From an uncultured Alphaproteobacteria bacterium (GTDB lineage: Bacteria > Pseudomonadota > Alphaproteobacteria > Rhizobiales > Xanthobacteraceae): DNA of 64,000 nucleotides. Positions 28,171 to 38,467 of this stretch are shown in pieces (positions within the stretch are counted from its first letter, which is position 1; each line of letters starts with the position of its first letter). The stretch is from the NCBI GenBank assembly GCA_963831475.1, contig CAWHQF010000020.1:126497-190496 (forward strand), given 5' to 3'. Position numbers and translations under genes: made by a program. Below the pieces are notes generated by a model. The model saw nothing but the letters and a program-made list of their open reading frames with translations. It made no database searches and was not told the origin of the DNA.

Positions 28171-28187
28171 GTGAATCACTTTTACAT
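28169..28187. promoter_or_regulatory. Second operator copy ATGTGAAT-CAC-TTTTACAT overlapping the tetR start codon
   Basis: 14 of 16 arm positions match the 27355 palindrome. Confidence 0.7.
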
Positions 28188-28216
28188 TAAGACTCGAGCC
28201 GCGTCGATGCGGCGGC

Positions 28217-28795
28217 CTACGATGGGCGCCGCCGACGCTTCACAGCTAATGGCAAATGATCAAACAACGTCGGTCCATTCGGCTGCGCACCTTCGATGGT
28301 CAACAACCTCAGCTTGGTGACCACACCACCGCTGGCAGAAAACCCGCCGGTTTTACTCCCGGCGGCGAGTACTCGATGGCACGGCATGATGATCGGACAG
28401 GGATTTTGCCCTAACGCCGTGCCGACCTCGCGCGCCAGCATGCGATCGCCGAGCCGTTCGGCGATTTCGCCGTAAGTCAATGTCTGGCCCGGCGGAATTT
28501 TCCGGGTGATGGCATAGACGCGGGCATTGAATTCCGGCGTGCCCTCGTCGTCGATTGTCACGGTGCTCAAGTCGATTGGTTTCCCACTTAACAACGCAAT
28601 AACGTCGTCGATCGTGCGCTTTATCCCGGCCGGGGGCGGCTGTTCCCGTGCAGCAGGAAAACGTTTGGCGACGCGCGCTCGCGTCGCCCGCGCATGCAAC
28701 TCGGGCAACTGAAAGCCGGCCACACCGCGCGCGGTCCAAACGATGGCGCAGTGCCCGATGGCGGTCTCAAACAATGCAAAAGCAAGGTCGCGCAT
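28217..28795 (-). CDS. ogt: Methylated-DNA--protein-cysteine methyltransferase
   Basis: IPPGQTLTYGEIA, NP.PII.PCHRV active site. Confidence 0.9.
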   Translation of the reverse strand: MRDLAFALFETAIGHCAIVWTARGVAGFQLPELHARATRARVAKRFPAAREQPPPAGIKRTIDDVIALLSGKPIDLSTVTIDDEGTPEFNARVYAITRKIPPGQTLTYGEIAERLGDRMLAREVGTALGQNPCPIIMPCHRVLAAGSKTGGFSASGGVVTKLRLLTIEGAQPNGPTLFDHLPLAVKRRRRPS

Positions 28796-28952
28796 GGCAA
28801 CACAATCCTACCACACGCGGTCAGGCGCCGCCGCCCGTTTCCTGGTTTGCCTTCATAGCAATACGGGTTGACGTACATCAAACGCGCTTTCGTATAATGC
28901 AGTAAATTTAAAAACAATTGGTGCGTGCGCTGCTTCGATGGGAGGACGCGTT

Positions 28953-30398
28953 ATGAGGAAGAAGATCTTCAAAATTCTTGCGACAAGCCTCGCGCTCGGC
29001 GCGATCACTTTTATCGGGATTGAACTTGCCGTGGCGCGCGGTGGAGGCGGAGGCCATTTTGGAGGCGGCCACGGCGGCGGCGGCGCTGGCGCGCACTTCA
29101 GTGGAGGCGGAGCCCACTTCAGTGGAGGCGGGGCCCACTTCAGTGGCGCACAATTTCGTGGCGTCAGTGGCGGTGCAACGCGATTTAGCGGCACGCATTT
29201 TCGCAGTTTCAACGGCGCCCGCGTCAGCGGCGCGCGCGGTTTAGCTCATCTTTATGGCACTCATACTCGCAGCCTCAACGGCGCGCATTGGTCGTCACGC
29301 TTCGCCCGCATGAATGGCGCACATATCAGTGGTGCACGCGGCTCTCACGTTGCGTGGAACCATTGGGGCAATCACGCCTGGCGAGCCGGCTGGAATGGCG
29401 GTTGGGGTGGTTGGCATGGCGGCTGGGGTTTCTGGGGTGGATCAGTTTTCTGGCCGTTTTTTTACGGGGACCTTTTCGCTTTCGCATTCGGGCCCTGGGG
29501 CTATTACGATCCGTTCTGGGCTTACGGCGATGTTTTCATCTGGGACGCGATGTTCTGGCCAGGACCCATCTATGCCTATGGCCAAGGTCCCTTCGATGTT
29601 TATGCCTACGGCGGTACCGCTCGAGTGCGCAACACACGATCGCGCAATGATGATCGCGACGTCACCGGCTCCACAAACAGTGGCGATCTCGCACAGAATT
29701 GCGGCGGCTTGGCCCCGGGTGTGACGGACCTTCCGATCGATTCCATTGAACAGGCGGTCCATCCGACGGATGCGCAGCGCGCGGCGCTCGCCGCCCTGAA
29801 AGCTGCGTCGTCGCAGGCAAGCGATGCTCTCAAATCATCCTGTTCGAACGAGGCCTTGCTCACGCCGTTGGGTCGGCTCGACACCGTGCAGAAGCGACTC
29901 GACGGGATGATCCAGGCGTTAACGATCGTTCGTGGGCCGCTGGACAACTTCTACAATTCGTTGAGCGAAGAGCAGAGGCGGCAGTTTGCGGCGTTGGGCG
30001 AGAATGTCCGGACAAGCCGCAACAGGGCCACGAGCAAAGACCTGGCGGAACTCTGCAGCAGCCGCGCAGAGAGCTTCGCGCAGCCACCGGTCGACCGCAT
30101 CGACCAAGCGGTAAAGCCAACTCCCGAGCAACGAGACGCCTTCGCCAGGCTGCGGATCGCATCGACGGAGGCAGCCAACCAGTTGCGGGCCTCCTGCCCT
30201 AGCGAGGCCCCGCGATCACCCATGGATCGATTTGACGCGCTCGCAAAACGGCTCGACGCCATGGCAGCGGCCATCAAGACAGTGCGCCCCACGCTTGCAG
30301 ACTTCTATGGCTCTCTGACTGACGAGCAAAAAGCGCGCTTCAATATGCTGGGGCCGCCGCAGCAAGCTGCATCGTCTCGCCAGGAACGCGTTCGCTGA
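28953..30398 (+). CDS. Secreted Spy/CpxP (LTXXQ)-like protein with Gly/aromatic low-complexity N-terminus
   Basis: Signal peptide; GGGAHFS repeats; WGGW-rich tract; two tandem domains with PT..Q and FY.SL(S/T).EQ. Confidence 0.8.
   Translation: MRKKIFKILATSLALGAITFIGIELAVARGGGGGHFGGGHGGGGAGAHFSGGGAHFSGGGAHFSGAQFRGVSGGATRFSGTHFRSFNGARVSGARGLAHLYGTHTRSLNGAHWSSRFARMNGAHISGARGSHVAWNHWGNHAWRAGWNGGWGGWHGGWGFWGGSVFWPFFYGDLFAFAFGPWGYYDPFWAYGDVFIWDAMFWPGPIYAYGQGPFDVYAYGGTARVRNTRSRNDDRDVTGSTNSGDLAQNCGGLAPGVTDLPIDSIEQAVHPTDAQRAALAALKAASSQASDALKSSCSNEALLTPLGRLDTVQKRLDGMIQALTIVRGPLDNFYNSLSEEQRRQFAALGENVRTSRNRATSKDLAELCSSRAESFAQPPVDRIDQAVKPTPEQRDAFARLRIASTEAANQLRASCPSEAPRSPMDRFDALAKRLDAMAAAIKTVRPTLADFYGSLTDEQKARFNMLGPPQQAASSRQERVR
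29041..29150 (+). repeat. 21-bp coding repeats (GGGAHFS)
   Basis: cacttcagtggaggcggagcc / cacttcagtggaggcggggcc / cacttcagtgg. Confidence 0.8.
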
Positions 30399-30498
30399 CG
30401 CGCATTGCAACGAGGGTGGCAGTCTTGGATCAGTCTGCCGGGCTGTTCGACAGCTACCACTAAGCCTGTGTCGTTTTGTACGGGCATGCGCGAAATAC

Positions 30499-30963
30499 TT
30501 AGGGCCGCTCTTGCCGCGACCGGCGGTCGGCTTCCATAGCAGTGCGCAGCGATTTGGGGATCGGCTTGGCGCGTCCACCGGAGACAAAGGCGACCTGCAC
30601 ACGGGCTTCGACTAATAAGTCCTCGCCGCGTATGACTTTCTGGTTCAGCGTGACCGATGCGCCTTTGATTTCGTCGGGCGAGGTGATGATGTCGAGAACG
30701 TCGTCCATGAAAGCAGGCTTCCTGAAATCGATGCTCATGTGACGCACTACAAAGGCGAAACCGGGCGCCTCCTTCTCCGCCTGCTCGAATAACGCCCGAT
30801 GGTCGGCACCGATTAGCCTCAGGTAGTTGGTGCGCCCCCGCTCCATGAAGCGCAAGTAGCTGGCGTGATACACACGCTGACTGAAATCCGTGTCCTCGTA
30901 ATAGACGCGCACACCTTGGTGGTGGTGACCATCGCGAATTTCACCGTCGAGTGCATTGCTCAT
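30499..30963 (-). CDS. ybgC: Tol-Pal-associated acyl-CoA thioesterase YbgC
   Basis: RVYYEDTD...VYHASYLRFMERGRT. Confidence 0.92.
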   Translation of the reverse strand: MSNALDGEIRDGHHHQGVRVYYEDTDFSQRVYHASYLRFMERGRTNYLRLIGADHRALFEQAEKEAPGFAFVVRHMSIDFRKPAFMDDVLDIITSPDEIKGASVTLNQKVIRGEDLLVEARVQVAFVSGGRAKPIPKSLRTAMEADRRSRQERP

Positions 30964-31340
30964 CGCCACGGCACTTCCCGCTGCATCGCGTCTTCCCAAT
31001 GCCGCCCGTCGAAGGTCCGCACCGAGAGCTCGGCCAGATTGACGTCATCGAGGCACCGTACATTCACGTCGATTTTGTCCGGATCCGAACGGGGCACATA
31101 GAAGGCATGAATACCGCAATGCTTGCAGAACGTATGTTTGGCTATGCCCGTGTTGAAAGTGTAAGTGGCCAGCTCGTCCTGGCCGCCCAGGAGCTCGAAC
31201 TGCTCCGGCGGCACGATCAGGTGCAGAAAGCCCTTTTTCGCGCACATCGAGCAGTTGCAATATGTGACGCGATCGAGATTGGCGGTCACGCGGAAACGCA
31301 CGCGACCGCAGTGGCAACCGCCCTCATGGGTCGCCGGCAT
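30960..31340 (-). CDS. GFA / CENP-V family zinc protein
   Basis: GGCHCG, CNCSMC, FCKHCG, VNVRCLD. Confidence 0.9.
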   Translation of the reverse strand: MPATHEGGCHCGRVRFRVTANLDRVTYCNCSMCAKKGFLHLIVPPEQFELLGGQDELATYTFNTGIAKHTFCKHCGIHAFYVPRSDPDKIDVNVRCLDDVNLAELSVRTFDGRHWEDAMQREVPWR

Positions 31341-32378
31341 CTAGTCGTCATCTCCAAACAGACCGAACTGGCTCGGATCGCGTGCGGGTTCGGGCAAGCC
31401 GAGGTGCTGGAATGCCAGCCCCGTGAGTAAACGACCGCGCGGCGTGCGCTGCAGGAAACCTTTTTGGATCAGGAACGGCTCGATGATGTCCTCGATCGCA
31501 TCGCGCGGTTCGGAGAGTGCCGCTGACAGCGTATCGACACCCACCGGCCCGCCACCATAATTTTCCGCGATTGTCTTGAGGTAGCGATGGTCCATTGCGT
31601 CAAGGCCGACACTATCGACCTCGAGCTGGCGAAGAGCCCGGTCGGCAATCTTGCGGTCGATGCGTTCGGCCTTTTCGGCATGCGCAAAATCCCGCACCCG
31701 CCGCAGGAGGCGGCCGGCGATGCGCGGGGTACCGCGCGCGCGGCACGCGATCTCGTTGGAACCATCTGCGGTCATGCCAATGCCAAGCACGCGTGCGCCG
31801 CGATTGACGATCTCTTCAAGCTCTTTCTCGGAATAGAAATTGAGTCGAACAGGAATGCCGAACCTATCGCGCAAGGGATTTGTCAGCAGTCCCGCGCGCG
31901 TTGTTGCCCCAACCAAAGTGAACGGTGATAGATCGATCTTCACGGATCGCGCCGCGGGCCCTTCTCCGATAATGAGATCAAGCTGATAGTCCTCCATGGC
32001 GGGATAGAGGATTTCCTCGACCGCTGGATTGAGGCGGTGGATTTCGTCGATGAACAATACGTCACGCGGCTCGAGGTTCGTCAGCAGCGCCGCGAGGTCG
32101 CCAGCCTTGGCGATCACCGGACCTGACGTAGCGCGAAAATTGACACCCAGTTCGCGCGCGAGAATTTGCGCCAAGGTGGTCTTGCCCAGGCCGGGAGGGC
32201 CGACGAAGAGCACATGATCGAGCGCTTCCTTCCGCGCGACCGCTGCATCGATAAACACCTTCAGATTGGCGCGCGCCTTCTCCTGTCCGATGAAGTCGGC
32301 AAGTCGCTGCGGACGCAGGCTGGCATCCGCGTCGTCGTCGCGTGTTCCGGACGTGACAAGGCGTGGCGCGCTGCTCAT
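31341..32378 (-). CDS. ruvB: Holliday junction helicase RuvB
   Basis: [26 protein letters not shown]. Confidence 0.97.
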   Translation of the reverse strand: MSSAPRLVTSGTRDDDADASLRPQRLADFIGQEKARANLKVFIDAAVARKEALDHVLFVGPPGLGKTTLAQILARELGVNFRATSGPVIAKAGDLAALLTNLEPRDVLFIDEIHRLNPAVEEILYPAMEDYQLDLIIGEGPAARSVKIDLSPFTLVGATTRAGLLTNPLRDRFGIPVRLNFYSEKELEEIVNRGARVLGIGMTADGSNEIACRARGTPRIAGRLLRRVRDFAHAEKAERIDRKIADRALRQLEVDSVGLDAMDHRYLKTIAENYGGGPVGVDTLSAALSEPRDAIEDIIEPFLIQKGFLQRTPRGRLLTGLAFQHLGLPEPARDPSQFGLFGDDD

Positions 32379-32992
32379 TTCGCCAATTCCTTCAGGCCCT
32401 GCCTGATCAATGTCGCGGCGTCTGCGCCCTCACCCGCATTTCGAACGGCCGCGGCAATGGCGGCGGCGGCCTGCGGATGCCCATAACCAAGATTGATCAG
32501 CGCTGAGACGGCGTCGGCCATGGGTCGCGGCGCGCGTTTCTCGTCGAGCGCTCCCGCAAGATGCACCACCGCTGGATCGATATTGGCGAATGCGGGCACC
32601 TTGTCCTTCAGTTCGGTGACGATGCGCTCCGCTACCTTTTGTCCGACGCCGGGCGCGCGCGCCACCATTGCCTTGTCGCGCATTGCGACCGCCGACGCGA
32701 GTTCGGAGGCCTTCAGCGTCCCCAGCACTGACATTGCGACCTTGGCACCGACGCCCTGGACGGTCTGCAGCAAACGGAACCATTCGCGCTCCACGTCGCT
32801 TGCAAAGCCAAACAGCTTGATCTGATCTTCGCGGACATAAGTCTCAATCGACAGCGTGGCGGGTTCGCCGGGCGACGGCAGCGCCTGTAGCGTGCGCACC
32901 GAGCAATGCACCTGATAGCCGACGCCGCCGACGTCGAGGATAATGTAATCCTCGCCATAGCTATCGACGATGCCCTTGAGTTTGCCGATCAT
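32375..32992 (-). CDS. ruvA: Holliday junction binding protein RuvA
   Basis: MIGKLKG, GVGY, VRED, HhH motifs, ALINLGY. Confidence 0.96.
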   Translation of the reverse strand: MIGKLKGIVDSYGEDYIILDVGGVGYQVHCSVRTLQALPSPGEPATLSIETYVREDQIKLFGFASDVEREWFRLLQTVQGVGAKVAMSVLGTLKASELASAVAMRDKAMVARAPGVGQKVAERIVTELKDKVPAFANIDPAVVHLAGALDEKRAPRPMADAVSALINLGYGHPQAAAAIAAAVRNAGEGADAATLIRQGLKELAK

Positions 32993-33498
32993 GACGTCGC
33001 TACCCTGAGGACCGCGCTAGCTCGATGATGCGCGTGGCACACCGCAATGGCCAGCGCGTCGGCAGCATCTTCGGATTGTGGATCGGCCTTCGGCAGCAGG
33101 ACACCGATCATCATGCGAATTTGCGCCTTCTCTCCGTGACCGGCTCCGACGATTGTCTTCTTCACCAGGTTAGGCGCGTATTCCGCGACCGCCAGTCCGG
33201 CCTTTGCGGGTACCAGCATCGCGATTCCACGAGCCTGCCCCAGTTTGAGTGTTGCCGCCGCGTTCGTATTGACGAAGGTCGCCTCCACCGCCGCCTCGTG
33301 CGGATGAAATTGCTCAATCACCGCGAGCAGCCCGTCGTGTATGGCGAGCAAACGGACGCCCAGCCCAGTCCGATCGCTCGTTTCGACCGAACCGCAGCCG
33401 ACGTGAATCAGCCGGTTGCCGTCGGCCTCGATCAGGCCCCAGCCGGTACGGCGGAGCCCCGGATCGATACCGAGAATGCGAATCGGATGCCGAGCCAT
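32989..33498 (-). CDS. ruvC: Crossover junction endodeoxyribonuclease RuvC
   Basis: [24 protein letters not shown]. Confidence 0.96.
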   Translation of the reverse strand: MARHPIRILGIDPGLRRTGWGLIEADGNRLIHVGCGSVETSDRTGLGVRLLAIHDGLLAVIEQFHPHEAAVEATFVNTNAAATLKLGQARGIAMLVPAKAGLAVAEYAPNLVKKTIVGAGHGEKAQIRMMIGVLLPKADPQSEDAADALAIAVCHAHHRASAVLRVATS

Positions 33499-33612
33499 GC
33501 TCCCGTTGATAGCCCCGCCTCCGGCCCTCGCCTAGCGTGTTTTGCGCCACAGTCAGCCCGGTTATCCCGGCCATTCCAGATAGTTACGATGGACAGCATA
33601 ATATGAGCGTCT

Positions 33613-34866
33613 ATGGTTCGCGCCATGTCGAGTTCTGGGCCAACTCGCCGCCGTAACCGACGGGCCGTCATCATTGGCGGTTCTATGTCCGGTTTGTTTT
33701 CCGCGGCATTCCTGCGCCAGATCGGCTGGGATGTGGACGTCTACGAACGGTCCAACGTGGAGCTCGTTGGCCGCGGCGCCGGCATCACCGGCCACCCTGA
33801 ACTACTGGAAGCTTTGGAAGCGAGTGGCGCCGGCACCGAGATGCTAGGCATCGAGGTGCCCAAACGCATCGCCATCGATCGCGACGGCCGCATTACAGAC
33901 GAGCGGCCGCTGCGGCAGGTGCTCACGTCATGGGATCGCCTGCAACAACTCCTGCGCGCGACCATCGACGAATCCCACTATCATCTCGGCTGGAATTTCG
34001 AGCGGGTCGAACAGGACGAACGCGGCGTGCACGTGCAGTTTTCCGGCGGCCGCACCGGGCACGCCGATATTCTGATCGGCGGCGATGGAGTTCGCTCGAG
34101 CGTGCGCGCGCAGATGGCGCCGGATGTGCAGCCAATCTACGCCGGATACTACATCTGGCGCGGCGCACCGAACGAAGCCGACCTCGCGCCGGAAACGCTG
34201 AGCAGTATCTATCCGCTATTCACTTTCTACCTACCCAAGCAGCAGCAGGTGATCACCTACCCGATCGCCGGTTTCAACGACGATCTCACTCCGGGCAAAC
34301 GCCGTTTCAATTTCATCTGGTACCGCGTCGCCGATGCCGCAAAGTTGCGTGAGATGAATGTGGATGAAAACGGCGTTCAGCACGAATACTCGGTGCCCCC
34401 ACCGCTGATCCGCAAGGACTTGATCGCGGGCATGTACAAGGACGCGCGCGAGATCCTGCCATCCGCGTTGCTCGATGCCCTGACGAAGATCAGGCAGCCT
34501 TTCGTCACACCGATCTACGATTTCACATCGCCCTCGATCACGTTCGGCCGGGTCGCCATGGTTGGCGATGCGGCGGCGAACGCGCGGCCGCACATGGGAT
34601 TCGGTATGGCCAAAGCCGGTATCGACGCGATGGCTTTGGCGAAGCATCTGGACCGGCACGAGGATGTCGACAAGGCGTTGGAAGCCTACAATGCCGAGCG
34701 TCAGCCCATCGGCAACAATATCGTCATGCACGGCCGCAAGCTTGGCACACACCTCGGTGTCAATCTGAAAACCGAGGAGGACCGGCGCATGCACGCACTG
34801 CTGCAAAGCGATGGGGCCATGCTCGACTGGATTGCCGTGCCGCATTTCATGGATGCATACAAATGA
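33613..34866 (+). CDS. FAD-dependent monooxygenase, 2,6-dihydroxypyridine hydroxylase-like
   Basis: IGGSMSG variant dinucleotide motif, GRGAGI, GGDGVRS, Y..WRG, GDAA..ARPH.G.G..KA. Confidence 0.8.
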   Translation: MVRAMSSSGPTRRRNRRAVIIGGSMSGLFSAAFLRQIGWDVDVYERSNVELVGRGAGITGHPELLEALEASGAGTEMLGIEVPKRIAIDRDGRITDERPLRQVLTSWDRLQQLLRATIDESHYHLGWNFERVEQDERGVHVQFSGGRTGHADILIGGDGVRSSVRAQMAPDVQPIYAGYYIWRGAPNEADLAPETLSSIYPLFTFYLPKQQQVITYPIAGFNDDLTPGKRRFNFIWYRVADAAKLREMNVDENGVQHEYSVPPPLIRKDLIAGMYKDAREILPSALLDALTKIRQPFVTPIYDFTSPSITFGRVAMVGDAAANARPHMGFGMAKAGIDAMALAKHLDRHEDVDKALEAYNAERQPIGNNIVMHGRKLGTHLGVNLKTEEDRRMHALLQSDGAMLDWIAVPHFMDAYK

Positions 34867-34886
34867 GCCACAAGCGGACGTGACGA

Positions 34887-36137
34887 ATGGCCGGACTGCC
34901 GAAGCCTGATTTCGCACGGAACATGCGCATCGTCGGTCACACCGACCAGGGCGGCCGCCCCGACGGCGTTCAGGTCATGGTGCACCGAGGCTTCGCATAT
35001 ATCGGCCATATGTTCTCAAAGGGATTTTCCGTCATCGACGTGCGCGATGCAAAAAATCCACGCGCCATAAATTATGTCGCCGCACCGGCAAACACCTGGA
35101 ACATCCACCTCCAGGCGCATGACAATCTGCTGTTGGTGATTCATGCCAAGGACATGTTTGCCGCCGCGGAATTCGCGGACGAACGTGCCTATTACAGCGG
35201 CGCACTCGGCAAGACCGTCGGCACCGCCGAAGCCATGCGCAAACGCGACTGGAGTGCGGGACTTGCGGTCTACGATATTTCCAAACCCGAGGCGCCGCAG
35301 CGTATCGGTTTCATGCCGGTCGAGGGCGGTGGCATTCATCGCGCCTGGTACACAGGCGGGCGTTGGGCCTATGTCTCCGTGCTGCTCGACGGCTTTACCG
35401 ACTACATCTTCATGACGGTGGATATGAGTGAACCGTCGCAGCCACGCGAGGCGGGACGTTGGTGGATACCGGGCATGAATCTTGCGTCCGGAGAGACACC
35501 GCCCTGGCAGGTTACGCGGCGCTACGGTCTGCACCACCCCATCATCGACGGCGATACCGCTTACGCTGCGTGGCGAGATGCCGGCATGGTTGTGCTCGAT
35601 ATCGCGGACCGCACCAAACCAAAATTGATCGCGCACAAAAACTGGTCGCCGCCATTCGGCGGTGGCACGCACAATTGTCTGCCGCTACCTGATCGCGACC
35701 TCCTGGTCGTATTGGACGAAGCGGTCCTCGACCATCAGGAAGATGGACTCAAGCTGATCTGGGTCTTCGATAATCGCAGGCGAGAAAATCCGGTCAGCAT
35801 TTCCACGTTTCCCACGCCGTCGGATGGTGACTACAAGGCCAAAGGCGGTCATTTCGGGCCACACAATATTCACGAGAATAGACCCGGCAGCTATTCCAGC
35901 TCGCAATTGATTTTTGCGACGTACCAAAACGCGGGCATTCGTGCATTCGATATCTCAAATGCTTTTGCGCCCAGGGAAATCGGCGCCCTCGTTCCGCCGC
36001 AGCCGAAGACGCTCGCAGATACGCGGCCGAACCGCGCGCGTGTTATTCAATCGGCAGATGTTTTTGTCGATGCCGGCGGGCTGATCTACGCAACCGATTA
36101 CAATGCCGGCCTTTACATTGTGGAATTCAACGGCTGA
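34887..36137 (+). CDS. LVIVD-repeat-like beta-propeller protein, His-rich
   Basis: Repeated (G)..V.D(I/V)S.P units (SVIDVRD, AVYDISKP, VVLDIAD, RAFDISN); GPHNIHE, GGTHN. Confidence 0.75.
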   Translation: MAGLPKPDFARNMRIVGHTDQGGRPDGVQVMVHRGFAYIGHMFSKGFSVIDVRDAKNPRAINYVAAPANTWNIHLQAHDNLLLVIHAKDMFAAAEFADERAYYSGALGKTVGTAEAMRKRDWSAGLAVYDISKPEAPQRIGFMPVEGGGIHRAWYTGGRWAYVSVLLDGFTDYIFMTVDMSEPSQPREAGRWWIPGMNLASGETPPWQVTRRYGLHHPIIDGDTAYAAWRDAGMVVLDIADRTKPKLIAHKNWSPPFGGGTHNCLPLPDRDLLVVLDEAVLDHQEDGLKLIWVFDNRRRENPVSISTFPTPSDGDYKAKGGHFGPHNIHENRPGSYSSSQLIFATYQNAGIRAFDISNAFAPREIGALVPPQPKTLADTRPNRARVIQSADVFVDAGGLIYATDYNAGLYIVEFNG

Positions 36138-36156
36138 GCCACGCGACAAAGAAGTG

Positions 36157-36903
36157 CTAGGCACTCAATTTCTGCAGCAACGCGTCGGAGACTTCGAAGT
36201 TGGCGTAGACACTCTGTACGTCGTCACTGTCGTCGAGCGACTCGATCAGCTTGAGCACCTTTTCACCAGCCTCGTCATCCAGCATCACGGTATTTTGCGC
36301 CTTCCAGAGCATTGACGACTTGCGTGGTTCGCCAAACTTTGCCTCAAGCGCCTTGGCGACGTCATTTAACGAATCAGGCGTCGTGATGACCTGATGGCCG
36401 TCCGCGTTTGACGTCACATCCTCTGCGCCAGCCTCGATTGCTGCTTCGAGCATCGCGTCGGCGCTTGCCGCCTTTGCATCGTATTCAACCACGCCGACGT
36501 GGCTGAACATGAACGATACCGCGCCGGTCTCAGCAAGGTTGCCGCCGTTCTTCGCAAAGACCGCACGCACTTCGCCGGCGGTTCGGTTCCGGTTGTCGGT
36601 CAGTGCTTCGACAATAATCGCGACGCCGCCGGGGCCATAGCCTTCGTAGCGGATCTCATCGTAGGTCTCCGATTCCGCCCCTTGCGACTTCTTGATCGCC
36701 CGTTCGATATTGTCTTTCGGCATGTTTTCAGCGCGGGCCGCCAGCATCGCCGCACGCAGGCGAGGATTGAACGCGGGGTCAGGCAGGCCCAGCTTGGCCG
36801 ACACGGTGATTTCACGCGCGAGTTTACCGAACAGCTTGGAGCGCGCTTTATCCTGGCGCCCCTTGCGGTGCATGATGTTCTTGAATTGTGAATGACCAGC
36901 CAT
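36157..36903 (-). CDS. yebC: YebC/PmpR family protein
   Basis: [30 protein letters not shown]. Confidence 0.96.
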   Translation of the reverse strand: MAGHSQFKNIMHRKGRQDKARSKLFGKLAREITVSAKLGLPDPAFNPRLRAAMLAARAENMPKDNIERAIKKSQGAESETYDEIRYEGYGPGGVAIIVEALTDNRNRTAGEVRAVFAKNGGNLAETGAVSFMFSHVGVVEYDAKAASADAMLEAAIEAGAEDVTSNADGHQVITTPDSLNDVAKALEAKFGEPRKSSMLWKAQNTVMLDDEAGEKVLKLIESLDDSDDVQSVYANFEVSDALLQKLSA

Positions 36904-37016
36904 AGGAAAAATACGATACCTGTTGGTTGCCGGCGGCTATATAAGCCGCCTGCGCCGGAAAATAAACAGTTCAGTCCGTTCGGGGAAGCGCGGGGCCCGA
37001 GATGCGGGCCAAGAGC

Positions 37017-38363
37017 CTATGCCGCTACCGCAACGTTGCGCAGGATTGCCCCGATGCGCGCGCCAACCTGCGAGACATTCTGGCGGACACGTGCCTTGTA
37101 GCGAGCCACCGCGTCGCGGTCGACGAGGAAAAACTTCTGCTGCGGATAGGTACGACCGAACACATCGATCAACATGCTGCGGAACTGGCCGGCAGCGAGA
37201 TCGGGCTGTTGAGTCGATATCTCGGCAAACGCCGCAAGCTCGGCAGAAGTGAGCGCGCACAGCAACGCCGCCGGAATGGTCGAATAGACCTGCTTGTGTT
37301 GTTGAATGGTCGCGATTGCGCGATCGAGCGCAAACTCCTGTCCCAGGTCGCCGTTGATGACCAGAGGCTCGTCGTGAACCGGTCGCGCAAGCGGGATTTG
37401 ATCAATCAGCCAATCACCGATTTGGACGACATTATTGCGCCCGCGTCCAAATGCCAGCACATCGTCCTCATAGCGCGCGAACCAGGTATCAAGCCTATCT
37501 ACCAGACGATCAAACGCGGGGCGCCCGATAAGCTCGCGACCCTGCGTGCCAAAGATACCGATCGTCGCTTTCGCGCGGGATAGCACATCGAATATCCCCT
37601 CGCCCAGCAACGGCGGAAAAAGGCCGCCGCCGGTGCCAAGGATGACGAGATCGTAGCTTTCGCGCGCGGCGTCGAGCGTGTCACATGTAATATGGTCAAC
37701 TTCGGCCTCGCCTGGCAGCAGCGCATTGATCATGTTGCGGCCAAGCCGAACTCCAAAATCGCCGACATTGTTGCCGGAGATTACGGCGATGTTGCATGGT
37801 GCAATCGGAGCAAGGTGCTCCGTTGGGGTTATCCGCATCAGGACCTGCGTCTCGTCAACCGGCGTCGTGCATTCGATTCGAAATCCGAATCGATCGAACA
37901 GGCTCGCCAAGTCATAGAAGCTCAGATGGTTGACAAAGCCTTGTGCCGCGCGGTCGTTGTCCCCGGTCAGGTTCGTAGGTGAGTAGCTGAGGATGATGTC
38001 GCGCTTGCAAAAACGAAGATGGGTGAAGAGGGTTTCGATGTCGACGAAACGCTCCAACACGCCTAGCATCACAATAATGTCGCTTTGTAACGCCGCGTCA
38101 GTTGGAAAATCACCCGCCGCCATATCGCCGGTATTCGCTCCGCGCTTCCTGCCGGGCTTTCCGATCGCTCGATAATGGCAACCGCTCGGCAACAGGCGCT
38201 GGAGCGACTGATTTCCGCCCAGGTCGAGAATATTTGCGCCGTAAGGGATGAACTGGGCGGCGAGACTGCCGCGCGGATCGGCTTCCGCCCTGGCCGGCGC
38301 CGGCTGGGACTCAAGGTCCGACGGCAACTCCAGCGCAAGATTGCTGTTGATCTGTAGATTCAT
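37017..38363 (-). CDS. Hypothetical protein: degenerate methyltransferase-like N-domain plus polysaccharide pyruvyltransferase-like C-domain
   Basis: ILDLGG...DIIVMLGVLE in the N-part; NVGD...LGTGGGLF...FARY...GD in the C-part. ORF is solid; domain calls are inferred. Confidence 0.6.
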   Translation of the reverse strand: MNLQINSNLALELPSDLESQPAPARAEADPRGSLAAQFIPYGANILDLGGNQSLQRLLPSGCHYRAIGKPGRKRGANTGDMAAGDFPTDAALQSDIIVMLGVLERFVDIETLFTHLRFCKRDIILSYSPTNLTGDNDRAAQGFVNHLSFYDLASLFDRFGFRIECTTPVDETQVLMRITPTEHLAPIAPCNIAVISGNNVGDFGVRLGRNMINALLPGEAEVDHITCDTLDAARESYDLVILGTGGGLFPPLLGEGIFDVLSRAKATIGIFGTQGRELIGRPAFDRLVDRLDTWFARYEDDVLAFGRGRNNVVQIGDWLIDQIPLARPVHDEPLVINGDLGQEFALDRAIATIQQHKQVYSTIPAALLCALTSAELAAFAEISTQQPDLAAGQFRSMLIDVFGRTYPQQKFFLVDRDAVARYKARVRQNVSQVGARIGAILRNVAVAA

Positions 38364-38467
38364 GAGCTCCGTGCCGAGGTCACAATGCCGGACCCAGCAC
38401 ATGCCGGCGAATCAATATCCCTACCGAATCATCGCCGCGATTCGAGGTCAATCACGCAATTGAAAAT

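Noticed and set aside
29041-29150. Short direct repeats as a possible CRISPR array
   Set aside because: In-frame tandem coding repeats without spacers; no cas genes
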